A stretch of 64,000 bases of DNA. Origin: Alkalispirochaeta sp. Its GTDB lineage: Bacteria > Spirochaetota > Spirochaetia > DSM-27196 > Alkalispirochaetaceae. This document shows positions 50,358-60,165 of this stretch, in pieces (within the stretch, counting starts at the first letter, position 1; each line of letters opens with the position of its first letter). The stretch lies in contig OZ271854.1 of NCBI GenBank assembly GCA_965601925.1, forward strand, positions 384,001 through 448,000, given 5' to 3'. The notes beneath the pieces were generated by a model. That model searched no databases and was not told the DNA's origin. It was given only the letters and a program-made list of their open reading frames with translations. A program made the position numbers and the translations under genes.

Positions 50358-51692
50358 TTAGTTGTTAATCACGAGATCGAAGGAGCTCGATCCTAAACCT
50401 GATTCTTCGACTATGTTGAGCCAATACCGTTCGCCGGGAGTGAGCGTTATGATTTTGACCTCATCCGCATTATCAGTGTTGGTGTTCGATAAATCGAGAA
50501 ACATTTGATCGGCTTCACTACCGTGAAACAGCATCCAATCGATATTCGACGCGAGATTAGTGACCTCAATACTATGCGCCCCAGCGGAAGCGGATCCGGC
50601 GATAAAGGTGTAGTACCGATCGCCGGACGAACCGATCGATTGGTTATCATAGGTGGTATTCAGATCGATCGGAAAATGCCCGCTATATAAATCGACCGAC
50701 CCCGTGTAGCTTCCGGCGATCACATCTCCGCCCCAAAGGGCAAGATTCCACTCTAGTGTATAGTCCGTTCCGACATTCGAGACGGCAACTGCTCCCATGG
50801 CTATCCGATCGTAAGAGCTTGGCGTAAACCCGTACCGATCGATGAAGACGTCTCTGCTGAGCTCCGATGCCGCATAGTCGATGGCCGCGCCGTCCGCACC
50901 TACCATGACAATTACGCCCGTCATCGTACTCGCCGTACTCGACAGAGAGGTAAGCACGTACGTGCCGGCATCAACGTCCCGTGAATCGCTGTTGTCGTTT
51001 AACGACATGTAAATCATGCCGCTATCTACGGAGGACGAAATAAACACGTCGGTACGGTACGCACCGTCGGCGCCTAATCCGAAATACTCAAGATTGAGCG
51101 TATCCAACCCGTCTATCGACGGTACGCCGTCGGGCCCGTCCGATCCTCCATGGTCAAGGCTCCCGGTGTAGCTTCCGCGTATCGAGCCGCCGTCGGATAG
51201 ATCAAGATTCCACTCAAACGTGTACTCGCTGCTCGATTTCGAAACCGTAACCGTTCCACTGATGATTTGATCATGCTGGTTAAGCGTAATCCCTTGCGTC
51301 TCGATGACATTACGAGGAGCCACTGAAGCCATATAATCAACGGAAAATGTGGTGCTGTTGAATCCGACGACGACATTGATATCCGACATTGTACTCGGCG
51401 CCTCGGAGAGAGTATCGAAGCGATAGGTACCCGCTTCTACGTCGCCTGGATCGACGGAGTCATTGAGCACAAAGTTAATTTGATCCGCCGTCATGGTGGA
51501 ATTAATCAACACTTCGGTCGTATAGCCGCCGTCGGTACTCGGTCCGCCGGCACCGGTAAACTCCAAGTAGTTCAAACCGCGTAGAGCTGGAACTTCGTCG
51601 TCGTCCTCTTCCTGGAGCGCCGTCAATAAATCGCACGCCCCCAGCAAACCTATCAGTCCGAACAATAGACCGAGGTACAGAAACCGCCGCAT
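50358..51692 (-). CDS. Lipoprotein with two tandem ~155-aa beta-rich repeats and a PPC-like C-terminal domain
   Basis: Lipobox LLGAC with AGGAG upstream. Duplicated DVxAGTY and YTxEWNL...GSYTGSxD motifs. Confidence 0.75.
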   Translation of the reverse strand: MRRFLYLGLLFGLIGLLGACDLLTALQEEDDDEVPALRGLNYLEFTGAGGPSTDGGYTTEVLINSTMTADQINFVLNDSVDPGDVEAGTYRFDTLSEAPSTMSDINVVVGFNSTTFSVDYMASVAPRNVIETQGITLNQHDQIISGTVTVSKSSSEYTFEWNLDLSDGGSIRGSYTGSLDHGGSDGPDGVPSIDGLDTLNLEYFGLGADGAYRTDVFISSSVDSGMIYMSLNDNSDSRDVDAGTYVLTSLSSTASTMTGVIVMVGADGAAIDYAASELSRDVFIDRYGFTPSSYDRIAMGAVAVSNVGTDYTLEWNLALWGGDVIAGSYTGSVDLYSGHFPIDLNTTYDNQSIGSSGDRYYTFIAGSASAGAHSIEVTNLASNIDWMLFHGSEADQMFLDLSNTNTDNADEVKIITLTPGERYWLNIVEESGLGSSSFDLVINN

Positions 51693-51924
51693 GAGTAATC
51701 TCCTATATGTTGAACTTAATGTCCAAAAAAGTAGCATGGTTTCCTTTTCTTGACAATATTCCAATACGAAATAAAAATGAATTTTTTCCGGCATCTAAGG
51801 CTATTTCAGACGAAGAATGTGCACATTACTCCATAAAAGATAAGAACTTACGAGTATACTTACGTATCCGATCTCTGTGCCGTGAGAATGACACTATTCG
51901 GACGCCGTAGGCGCCTGGCCTCTC

Positions 51925-53025
51925 TCATCGCCGCGACGATTCTCGAACCATGAGCTCCGCCTCAAGCAGAAACTCACGTGGCGCGCGGTCGGGGTGCGCA
52001 ATGCGGCTGAGCATCGCCTCGACTGCCGCGTCACCGATAGCCTCGCACGGTTGTTTGAGCGTGGTGAGAGGTACGCGGACCAGGCGGGCGTATTTGACGT
52101 CGTCGAAGCCGATGATTCGCACGTCGCGCGGGATGGCGACGCCCACCTTTTCCAGAGAGAGGATGAGCAGCGCCGCAGTCTCGTCGTTGACGCATACGAT
52201 ATCCCGCGCTCCAGACGCCATGAGCCGCTCCACGGCGTCGAGGTTTTCCGGATCGAGAAAGTGCTCCCACTCCGGTGACGGGATGAGGTCGGCGGCAAGG
52301 AGCGCGAGCCGGTAGCCGTCGACGCGTCGCTCCACGGTGGTGGCGGTGTGCGGTCTGGCGACAAAATCGACTCGCCGCGCCCCTTGCGAGGTCAGGTGCT
52401 CGGTGGCGACCCACGCTGCACGGATATTGTCAATGCCGACGATATCGAATTCGCTCCGTTCGGGAAAGGGAAGATAGTCTGCGTCGAGGAGCACGACCGG
52501 AACACGACTCTGCGCTAAGCGATCGATGACGGCTCTGTTCGTTGTGCCGCGGTCGGGATCGAGCTCGGCCGGCTGGAAGAAGATACCGTCGACCTCCTGA
52601 GCGATATAGCGGTCGGCCGTTCTGAGAAGCTCCTCGCCGGAGGTACCCTGCGCTGCGGAGCCTCCCCAACTCAGCGTGTAATGGTCCTCGGTGGCGCGTT
52701 CGGCTATACGGGCGCAGACCGGTTCGAAAATTTCGCCGCGCCCCAAGCCCGGTACCAGGAGGCCGAAAGTATGAGGTCTGTCACCGCTCCCCGGCGTAGT
52801 TACGAAGCTACCGGAGCCGACCTTTCGCTCGATTAAACCTTCGGCGGCGAGATCGTTGAGCGCTCGCGTCACGGTGGGACGCGATACACCGTATTCGCGC
52901 GCCAACTCGCGCTCGGTTGCTATGCGCTCGCCCGGGCTGAGCACGCCGGTATGAATGCGTTCTCGAATCCGGCGACTGATCGTCTCGTGCTTCTTTGCCG
53001 AACTCTCCGATGCGTGATCCATCAC
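51925..53025 (-). CDS. GntR-HTH/LacI-sensor hybrid regulator
   Basis: TERELAREYGVSRPTVTRAL...GSGSFV, IPRDVRIIGFDD and LTTLKQP. Confidence 0.92.
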   Translation of the reverse strand: MMDHASESSAKKHETISRRIRERIHTGVLSPGERIATERELAREYGVSRPTVTRALNDLAAEGLIERKVGSGSFVTTPGSGDRPHTFGLLVPGLGRGEIFEPVCARIAERATEDHYTLSWGGSAAQGTSGEELLRTADRYIAQEVDGIFFQPAELDPDRGTTNRAVIDRLAQSRVPVVLLDADYLPFPERSEFDIVGIDNIRAAWVATEHLTSQGARRVDFVARPHTATTVERRVDGYRLALLAADLIPSPEWEHFLDPENLDAVERLMASGARDIVCVNDETAALLILSLEKVGVAIPRDVRIIGFDDVKYARLVRVPLTTLKQPCEAIGDAAVEAMLSRIAHPDRAPREFLLEAELMVRESSRR

Positions 53026-53046
53026 CGACTCCTTACTCCCGTTCTA

Positions 53047-53102
53047 TTGACAAATTGTCTTTTCCAATGTATTCCAATGTATATCCAATCATAATGATTG
53101 GA
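53047..53102. promoter_or_regulatory. Divergent promoter/operator array with TCCAAT repeats
   Basis: TTGACA at 53047, TTCCAATGTA x2 (53062-53081) and perfect inverted repeat TCCAATCAT-A-ATGATTGGA (53084-53102). Confidence 0.65.
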
Positions 53103-53113
53103 AAGGTCATTTT

Positions 53114-54499
53114 ATGAACTCTACCGCAGCACCGCTCCTTGGAGTCGATATCGGCACAACTTCGATATCTATCGTCGTTGTCGATTCTGCCAGTGGTCGC
53201 AATCTCTCGAAATACACCGAAAACCACAACGCCCGACTCCCGTCAGACGAGCCGGGATCGTACATACAAAACCCGGATATTCTCGCCACGACGGCGCTTC
53301 GGCTCATCTCTCGCGTACGAGAACAATACCCCAACATCGCCGCATTGGGTATCACGGGACAGATGCACGGAATTATCATTCTCGACGAAGCCGGGCGCGC
53401 GATCAGCCCCGCATATACGTGGCTGGACCGCCGCCTCGCGTGGCGTAGCCCCGATGGACGACCATTTCAGGCGCTGATGAAGGCCGAGTTGGGCTACGAT
53501 GTGCCGGTAGGATACGGCGTGGGTACACTGTTCGCGTTGCAGCGCCTCGGTGCGATACCCCCGGGAGCGCGATATGTTGCCGGCGTCCCCGATTACGTAG
53601 CGATGCGGCTGATCGACGGGAAGGGCCCGATAACGGCCCCGGGCCTCGCGCATAGCATGGGTTGCTACTCACTCCGGGAGGCACGCTTTCACTCCGATCT
53701 GTGGCGCCGCACAAGCTCACTCGCTCCCCCGGAAGTCCGCAATGCGACGGAGGTTATCGGCGAAACGTCCGACGGTATCCCCGTCGTCGCGCCGGATGGG
53801 GACAACCAGGCGAGCTTCATCGCCGGCATTCGCGATCCCGACCGCGCCATCTCGATCAACATCGGAACGAGCGGACAAGTCAGCGTGCACGTCCCTTCAA
53901 CATCGACCGACTCTGAGAACGACGGCTCTATGGAGCGGCGCCCCTATCCGGGAGGCGGGACGCTCGCAGTGGGGGCGACTCTCAGCGGCGGCAAATCGTT
54001 CGAGGTGCTCACCTCTCTGATCGGGGATATCATGAAGCGCATCGACGCCGGGAAGTACGACCCGTACCGTCTGTTGGCCGATCTGCCGCGGCCGGTGGAG
54101 GGAACGGCGCTGCAGGTGGACACCCGATTCACCGGCACGCGCACCGATCCGTCGACGCGTGGCGCAATAACGCGACTGGGGACGGATAATATGACCCTCC
54201 CCCACCTTTACTGGGGTATCGCCGACGGCGTCGTCACCGAGCTTGTACAGTTGCTTGCGGATCATCGTCGAATCCTGGACGCGTCGGGGAGTTACATCGG
54301 AATCTCGGGCAATGCAATCAACCGCAGTGCGGCGATCCGCACGATCCTCGCGGAAAAACTCGCGCGACCGCTACGCCGCCCGGTAGACGTCGAGGCGTCC
54401 GCCAGGGGTGCGGCAATGCTCGCGGCGGCGACTCTGGAAGGGGGGGCCGCCGCACTCCCTGCGATCCAGTCGCGGATGATACGCTACGTGGAAGAGTGA
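53114..54499 (+). CDS. FGGY carbohydrate kinase, sedoheptulokinase-like
   Basis: GVDIGTTSI, GITGQMHG, TWLDRR, GDNQAS, NIGTSGQVS, GATLSGG and FTGTR. Confidence 0.85.
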   Translation: MNSTAAPLLGVDIGTTSISIVVVDSASGRNLSKYTENHNARLPSDEPGSYIQNPDILATTALRLISRVREQYPNIAALGITGQMHGIIILDEAGRAISPAYTWLDRRLAWRSPDGRPFQALMKAELGYDVPVGYGVGTLFALQRLGAIPPGARYVAGVPDYVAMRLIDGKGPITAPGLAHSMGCYSLREARFHSDLWRRTSSLAPPEVRNATEVIGETSDGIPVVAPDGDNQASFIAGIRDPDRAISINIGTSGQVSVHVPSTSTDSENDGSMERRPYPGGGTLAVGATLSGGKSFEVLTSLIGDIMKRIDAGKYDPYRLLADLPRPVEGTALQVDTRFTGTRTDPSTRGAITRLGTDNMTLPHLYWGIADGVVTELVQLLADHRRILDASGSYIGISGNAINRSAAIRTILAEKLARPLRRPVDVEASARGAAMLAAATLEGGAAALPAIQSRMIRYVEE

Positions 54500-54514
54500 C
54501 GCATCGCGTTGGGA

Positions 54515-55360
54515 TCAACCCAGCCCGTACTCGCGTGCCTTGGCGGTGAGAAAGGCGACGCCGTCACGAATCAACGCCTCGGGATCCTTGACGATGTCGC
54601 GCCACATACACGTTGCGCGGGCGATGTCGGGATTGAGCCGTACAAAGGACTCCATGACCAACGCTCCGGTGAAATCGATCTCCTTCAGTCCGGCGAAGAC
54701 GTCGTCCCAGTCGACGGTACCGGTGCCGGGCGTGCCGCGATGACTCTCGGAGAGATGGATGTAACCCATACGCGCCCCGGCGAGTCGAATCGCGTCGCTG
54801 TACGACTCCTCCTCGATATTGAGATGGTACGTATCGAGGTGAATGAACACGGATGGCGAATCGATGCGGTCGAGAAGCTCGCTCGCCTGCCGGGCGGTAT
54901 TCACGAGAAAGGTTTCATAGCGGTTGACCGGCTCGATCCCGAGCCGTATCCCCCGCGGCTCGGCATACTGGGCCACGCGGGAGAGTACATCGGCGATCAC
55001 CCGATAGTCGTCCTCGGAGGGCGGTCGACCCGGTAACGCTCCCAACGTCCCGTAGATGACGCCGGTGAGCGTCTTACCGCCGGCCTCTTCGACGGCGTCG
55101 ACCGCCGTACGCAGAAACCGCTCCGCCTTTTCGGGCTTATCGGGCAGACTCGCCTCAACCGGCAGGCCGAGCGAATAGGTCGCATAAATGCCGTGCTCAT
55201 CGAGGAGTCGCTTGGTCCCGTGTGCGTTGAGGCGATCGGGGTGGAGAAGCGGAATCTCTACAAAATCGAGCCCGATGCGCGCGGCCTCGGAAATGACCCG
55301 TCTACCGGTCGTTTCGTTCCATTCTCCTTCCCATACAAAGGCGTGTGCTCCAAACTCCAT
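54515..55360 (-). CDS. Ketose 3-epimerase (D-tagatose/D-psicose/L-ribulose 3-epimerase family)
   Basis: IEPVNRYE, HLDTYH, IHLSESHRG and MESF carry the Glu/Asp/His/Glu metal ligands. Confidence 0.87.
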   Translation of the reverse strand: MEFGAHAFVWEGEWNETTGRRVISEAARIGLDFVEIPLLHPDRLNAHGTKRLLDEHGIYATYSLGLPVEASLPDKPEKAERFLRTAVDAVEEAGGKTLTGVIYGTLGALPGRPPSEDDYRVIADVLSRVAQYAEPRGIRLGIEPVNRYETFLVNTARQASELLDRIDSPSVFIHLDTYHLNIEEESYSDAIRLAGARMGYIHLSESHRGTPGTGTVDWDDVFAGLKEIDFTGALVMESFVRLNPDIARATCMWRDIVKDPEALIRDGVAFLTAKAREYGLG

Positions 55361-55411
55361 ATCGTACTCCTTTACCGTGATTCGCCCGATACCGGGTCTC
55401 GCTCGCCCGAC

Positions 55412-56446
55412 CTATACATAGGTCTCGTGGCGCCGTTTTTCGCGTTGCTCCGATCGCCGACGTTGAACGAACCGGTACGCAATGACACCCGTCAGCATAA
55501 CACCCCACAACGCCACCGTGGCAAACGAACGCACTCCCAAGAGGTTGAGACCGCTGGTTGCCATTTGGAGAATCACCAAAGCCATCACCAGCCCCGAAAC
55601 CTTGCCGAATCCGCCGAACGGATCGGTGCCGCCGAGCATACAGATAAGCACCGTCGAGAGGAGCAACGACGAGCCTTGGCGCGCGTTGGCCGAGTTGAAA
55701 CGCGCCAGCATGACGATCGCGGCTACGCCGGCCAACACCCCGGAGAGTATATAGGTACGCATGAGGACTGCGCGGACATCTACGCCCGAGAACGCGGTCG
55801 CCGTCGGATTGGATCCGACGAAATAGAGGTGCACGCCGTACGGCCGACGCCTGAGGAGCACCGCGACGAGTACGGCCACAACCGCAAATATCCACATTTG
55901 AATCGGAATGCCGATAACCGACAGATTTCCGAGGACGAGAAACTGCGAAGGAAGGCCGGAAATGACGAATCCCCGCGTAATGGAGAGCGTAACACCCTCG
56001 TAGAGAATCATCGTTCCCAACGTCGTCAGTACCGCCGGCACCTCCACATACCCGATGAGGTACCCATTGACGGCACCGAGAGCGGCCGAGGTCGCAAGCC
56101 CGACTACCACCGCCACGCCGACCATCATCCACATGACGAGCCCGGTCGTCTCCGCCGGCACCACACGCGTCAAAAAGAGTGCCATGACCACCGCGCTCAG
56201 GTTGGCGGAACTGATGATCGAGAGGTTGATCCCCGCGGTAATCATCGCGACCATCATGGCGAGTGCCAAGAGTCCCAACTCCGGCATTTGCGTCAAAAGA
56301 TTGGAGAGGTTGACCGGCCGTACGAAACGCCCTCGCGTCGCGATCGTCATAACGGCGACAACAACGACGATCAACCACGGCAGCGCGGCGATGTCGTTAT
56401 TCCGCTCGCTCCACCGCCGATACGCGCGTACAAAATCAGCGAACAT
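55412..56446 (-). CDS. Monosaccharide ABC transporter permease
   Basis: AGINLS, VGSNPTATAFSG and LGGTDPFGGFG. Start at MFADF is inferred. Confidence 0.9.
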   Translation of the reverse strand: MFADFVRAYRRWSERNNDIAALPWLIVVVVAVMTIATRGRFVRPVNLSNLLTQMPELGLLALAMMVAMITAGINLSIISSANLSAVVMALFLTRVVPAETTGLVMWMMVGVAVVVGLATSAALGAVNGYLIGYVEVPAVLTTLGTMILYEGVTLSITRGFVISGLPSQFLVLGNLSVIGIPIQMWIFAVVAVLVAVLLRRRPYGVHLYFVGSNPTATAFSGVDVRAVLMRTYILSGVLAGVAAIVMLARFNSANARQGSSLLLSTVLICMLGGTDPFGGFGKVSGLVMALVILQMATSGLNLLGVRSFATVALWGVMLTGVIAYRFVQRRRSEQREKRRHETYV

Positions 56447-57452
56447 CGATCGTCCGTTCCTTTCGTTTTGCCAACACCGTCTTGAACGACGTAACACTGA
56501 TGCTTCCCAGCACCACCGCTCCGATAATCACCTGGTGCCAATACGCCGGGACCCTGAGAATCGTCAACGCGTTGGTGATCACGGTAATCAATGCAACGCC
56601 CAGAAGCGTGCCTCCGATCGTCCCGGCGCCACCGAAGATATCGGCCCCTCCCAAGACGACCGCGGCAACCACATCGAACTCACGACCTACCAGTGCGTTG
56701 GGTGCGACGGTCTGGGTGTTGAGCGCCTGAACGAGTCCCGCTACACCGGCCGAGAACCCGAGAAAGGCGTATGCAAATAATCTGAGACCGAAGATGTCCA
56801 GGCCGGCTCGACGCGCCGCCTCGAGATTCCCGCCGAGGGCGTACAACCGTCGTCCGAGTTTGGTATAGCGCAGGATAAATACGCCGACGCACGCCATAAA
56901 AAACCAGATAAGGGTAATGTAGGCCATGCCGTACGACGCACCGTTTTCATCGACCAATGAAAAGATAAATCCTCGCCCCACCGCGCCGAACCAACGGGGA
57001 AAGTCGTAAATCCACGTCCCTCCGGAGAGAATCTGCAGGACGCCGTAATAAATATTGAGATTTGATATGGCGATGATGATCGACGGCGCGTTGAGCCAGT
57101 GGATCAATGCCGCATTGATTCCTCCCAGGAGCGTTCCGACGACCAGGGGCACGAGAATCGCAACGACCACCGGCGTCTCGGGATTGGAGGCGAGCATGAG
57201 TGCCATCACATACTGGGCGACCGTTGCGGTGGCGGTAAACGAGATATCGAGTCCTCCGGCAATGAGCACGAAGAGGAATCCCACGGAGAGAATACCGGTA
57301 AAGGCCGCGCTCCTGAGGATCTGAAACCCGTTGCGTCCCGTGAAAAAGCGCGGATTGACGAGGGATACGACGGTGACTACCCCGACGAGAATCAACAGGA
57401 GGTAGGTTTCATTGCGGGAAAAGACGCGGGTAGTAAGGCCGTTGTGTCGCAT
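56436..57452 (-). CDS. Monosaccharide ABC transporter permease
   Basis: GGLDISF, LGGNLEAARRAG and VVLGGADIFGGAG. Confidence 0.9.
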   Translation of the reverse strand: MRHNGLTTRVFSRNETYLLLILVGVVTVVSLVNPRFFTGRNGFQILRSAAFTGILSVGFLFVLIAGGLDISFTATATVAQYVMALMLASNPETPVVVAILVPLVVGTLLGGINAALIHWLNAPSIIIAISNLNIYYGVLQILSGGTWIYDFPRWFGAVGRGFIFSLVDENGASYGMAYITLIWFFMACVGVFILRYTKLGRRLYALGGNLEAARRAGLDIFGLRLFAYAFLGFSAGVAGLVQALNTQTVAPNALVGREFDVVAAVVLGGADIFGGAGTIGGTLLGVALITVITNALTILRVPAYWHQVIIGAVVLGSISVTSFKTVLAKRKERTIDVR

Positions 57453-57459
57453 AGCTCCT

Positions 57460-58950
57460 CTACGCCAAGTTGAATTGCTCGAGAAGTGCCTCCTCGGCGC
57501 CGGGGCCGGGAGTAATCTCGTCGAGGATGCGTCCCCGATCCATCACCAACACGCGGTGGCAGTTGGCCAGCACCTCGTGAACCTCGTCGGAGATCATGAT
57601 GATACCGATGCCCGTTTCGGCGAGTTGCTTCACGATCTTGTGGACGCCGTTTTTGGCCACTACATCGATGCCCACCGTCGGCTCATCGAGGATGAGCACC
57701 TTCGGCCGCGTGGCGAGCCACTTGGAGAGCACGACCTTCTGCTGGTTCCCACCCGAGAGCGTCTCGACCGGAGAGTCGAGGTCGGGAATCTTGATCGCGA
57801 GTTTGTCGACCCAATGTCCGGCGAGGGAGACCGTGCGACCGCGATCGAGAAGTCCGAGGGCGTTCAGGAGCTCATCGAGAACCGAGACGGTCACGTTGGA
57901 CAAGATCGGCTGCGCCATCACGAGTCCCTGGGTGAGCCGATTCTCGGGAACGTAGGCGATACCGGCGCGTGTCGCCGCTCCGTTACTGTCGAGTTCGAGC
58001 GCCTCGCCGGCGAGATAGACCGCCCCCGAATCGGGCGGATTCATACCGAAGAGCGTCAGCGCGAGTTCGGTACGCCCGGAGCCGAGTCTGCCGGTGATGC
58101 CGAGGATTTCACCCTCGCGCAGGGTGAGCGATACATCGCGGTAGTTGCTCCTCTTGGTGAGCGCCTCCACCCGCATGAGCTCGCCGGCGCCGTCGGCAAC
58201 CGGTGCCGGCGGTTGCGTTACGACCTCCTGACCGGTCATAAGGTGGATCAGCTTCTTTTGATTCAACTCAGCGGGTCGGTACGTGCCGACCGAGCGTCCG
58301 TCCCGAAAAACCGTTACCCGCTCGGCGATTTCGAAGATCTCGTTGAGTTTATGACTCACAAAAAGTGTGGCGATGCCGCGCGACTTGAGGAGCATAATCG
58401 TCGCAAACAACCGATCGACCTCCTGCCGGGTGAGCGAGGCGGTCGGCTCGTCGAGTATCAGTAACTTCAGATCACCCACGATCGAACGCGCGATCTCGAC
58501 TTGCTGCTGCTCGGCGATAGAAAGAGACGCAACGAGACGATCGAGATCGAGCTCCAGACCGATCATGCCCATAGCTTCGCGGGCGCGCGAGCGAATCGCC
58601 TTCCAACTGACCAGCGGGCCGGGGGTGTCGCCGTACAGCCCGAAGGCGATATTCTCCCGCACCGTCAGATTGGGAAAGAGCGCCAGATCCTGGTAGATGA
58701 CGCGCACGCCGTGGTCGATCGCCTCACGGGCGGAAACGGACGTCGTCTCGCGCCCGTCGATCACGATGCGAGAGCCGGGCTCGGGTCGAACCACCCCGGA
58801 GATGATCTTTATCAGAGTCGATTTGCCCGAGCCGTTCTCGCCGACGAGACAGTGGATTTCACCCCGCTCGAGGGCGAAATCCACGCCGTCGAGGGCGCGG
58901 ACACCGGGATAGAGTTTGGTGATGTTCGTACACTCGATGAAGCTGCCCAT
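57460..58950 (-). CDS. Monosaccharide ABC transporter ATP-binding protein (tandem NBD)
   Basis: GENGSGKST, LDEPT, LSGGNQQKV and DEPTVGID. Confidence 0.93.
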   Translation of the reverse strand: MGSFIECTNITKLYPGVRALDGVDFALERGEIHCLVGENGSGKSTLIKIISGVVRPEPGSRIVIDGRETTSVSAREAIDHGVRVIYQDLALFPNLTVRENIAFGLYGDTPGPLVSWKAIRSRAREAMGMIGLELDLDRLVASLSIAEQQQVEIARSIVGDLKLLILDEPTASLTRQEVDRLFATIMLLKSRGIATLFVSHKLNEIFEIAERVTVFRDGRSVGTYRPAELNQKKLIHLMTGQEVVTQPPAPVADGAGELMRVEALTKRSNYRDVSLTLREGEILGITGRLGSGRTELALTLFGMNPPDSGAVYLAGEALELDSNGAATRAGIAYVPENRLTQGLVMAQPILSNVTVSVLDELLNALGLLDRGRTVSLAGHWVDKLAIKIPDLDSPVETLSGGNQQKVVLSKWLATRPKVLILDEPTVGIDVVAKNGVHKIVKQLAETGIGIIMISDEVHEVLANCHRVLVMDRGRILDEITPGPGAEEALLEQFNLA

Positions 58951-58986
58951 CAAATCTCCCGTCCCGGGACCGCAAAACTCGGCCGA

Positions 58987-59973
58987 CTAAAAACCGAAGG
59001 CGTCGGCGTTCTCGGCGGTGACCTCCGCCGGCGCGTGAAAGGTGACGACCGTACCGTCGATCGCCGGCTCTCCGTACTCGGGGAGACTACCGATACCGTC
59101 GAAGCTCCCACCGGTCAGAAAATGGCGGACCAAATGCGCCGAGTCGCGACCGATTCGGTAAGGATTGCTGATGTAGTTCGCGTTGATCGATCCCTCTTCC
59201 AGATACGACTTGGCCTGACTCGGAACCGATCCTCCGACGATCGCGATATCGTCGCGGTTGAGCGACGTAATCGCCTGAGCGCCGCCGATTGCGCCGAGAC
59301 TCCCGATATACATGACGCCGACGAGGTCGTCGTAGGCGGCAATCAGCTCCAAGGTTCGATCCTGAGCCTCCTCGACGCTCTCCGAACCCTCCAGACGGCT
59401 GGTGACTTGGTACAATCCGGGATAGGTCGCCTCCTGATGGGCGACGGCCATGTCGGCGCGCTGGTTGTGTGACTCAACGGTGAGCCCGCCTACCATGATG
59501 GCGTATCCGCCCTCCGTGCCAGCTTCGCGCACGAACAGATCCATCATGTCCGAACCGTAACGCTCGGCAATGAGAAACTCGATATCGAGGTCGGCATTTT
59601 GCACGCCCGGCGCTTCCTGGGTAACCATCAGGATGCCGGCATCACGCCCGCGGGCGAGAATCGGTTCGAGCACTTGTGTATCGTTGGGCACGACCACGAT
59701 CGCATCGGGTTCCTGTGCGATCGCGTCCTCCAAGATACGCGCCTGAGCGGCGGGATCGGTGTCCGGAGCGCCGACCACGGTGATATCGAGATCGCCGATC
59801 TCTTCGGCGTAGTCCTCAAATCCGTTTTCCATCGCGGTAAACCACGGAATACCGACCAGTTTGGGAATAAAAACGATCTCGTACACACCGTCGTCTTCCG
59901 CGGCGCCTCCGGCGAACACAGCCGCTCCGACCAAGATCGAAAACATCAAAAGGAACATCGCGAATCGTCTCAT
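58987..59973 (-). CDS. LsrB-like sugar ABC transporter substrate-binding protein
   Basis: IVFIPKLVGIPWF resembles LsrB IAFIPKLVG. DAIVVVPND motif. AGGAGG upstream. Confidence 0.85.
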   Translation of the reverse strand: MRRFAMFLLMFSILVGAAVFAGGAAEDDGVYEIVFIPKLVGIPWFTAMENGFEDYAEEIGDLDITVVGAPDTDPAAQARILEDAIAQEPDAIVVVPNDTQVLEPILARGRDAGILMVTQEAPGVQNADLDIEFLIAERYGSDMMDLFVREAGTEGGYAIMVGGLTVESHNQRADMAVAHQEATYPGLYQVTSRLEGSESVEEAQDRTLELIAAYDDLVGVMYIGSLGAIGGAQAITSLNRDDIAIVGGSVPSQAKSYLEEGSINANYISNPYRIGRDSAHLVRHFLTGGSFDGIGSLPEYGEPAIDGTVVTFHAPAEVTAENADAFGF

Positions 59974-60123
59974 GGAACTACCTCCTCCTATATTGGCCTA
60001 CACCCAGGATACACCGTAGCAGAAATACGTCAAGGCCAATTAGCATATAATTATACCTCCAATTACTATACCAATTTTGCAAATGGTAATGTATTATTCC
60101 CGCCTATTCCTCTATACGCGACG

Positions 60124-60152
60124 TTGACACGCACGACTCGACGCGATACGCT
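60124..60152 (+). promoter_or_regulatory. Sigma-70 promoter of the thiamine ECF operon
   Basis: TTGACA-N17-TACGCT just upstream of the riboswitch. Confidence 0.65.
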
Positions 60153-60165
60153 CAGATTAACATTC

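Noticed and set aside
7884..58464. Many long antisense or alternate-frame ORFs (e.g. 7884-8945, 10775-11833, 39338-40360, 55193-56485, 57412-58464)
   Set aside because: Shadows of well-supported genes in a high-GC genome. No motifs or SD sequences.
58987..59973. AI-2 quorum-sensing lsr operon
   Set aside because: Only the SBP is LsrB-like. lsrR, lsrF and lsrG are absent, and the neighbours are a ketose epimerase and an SHK-like kinase.
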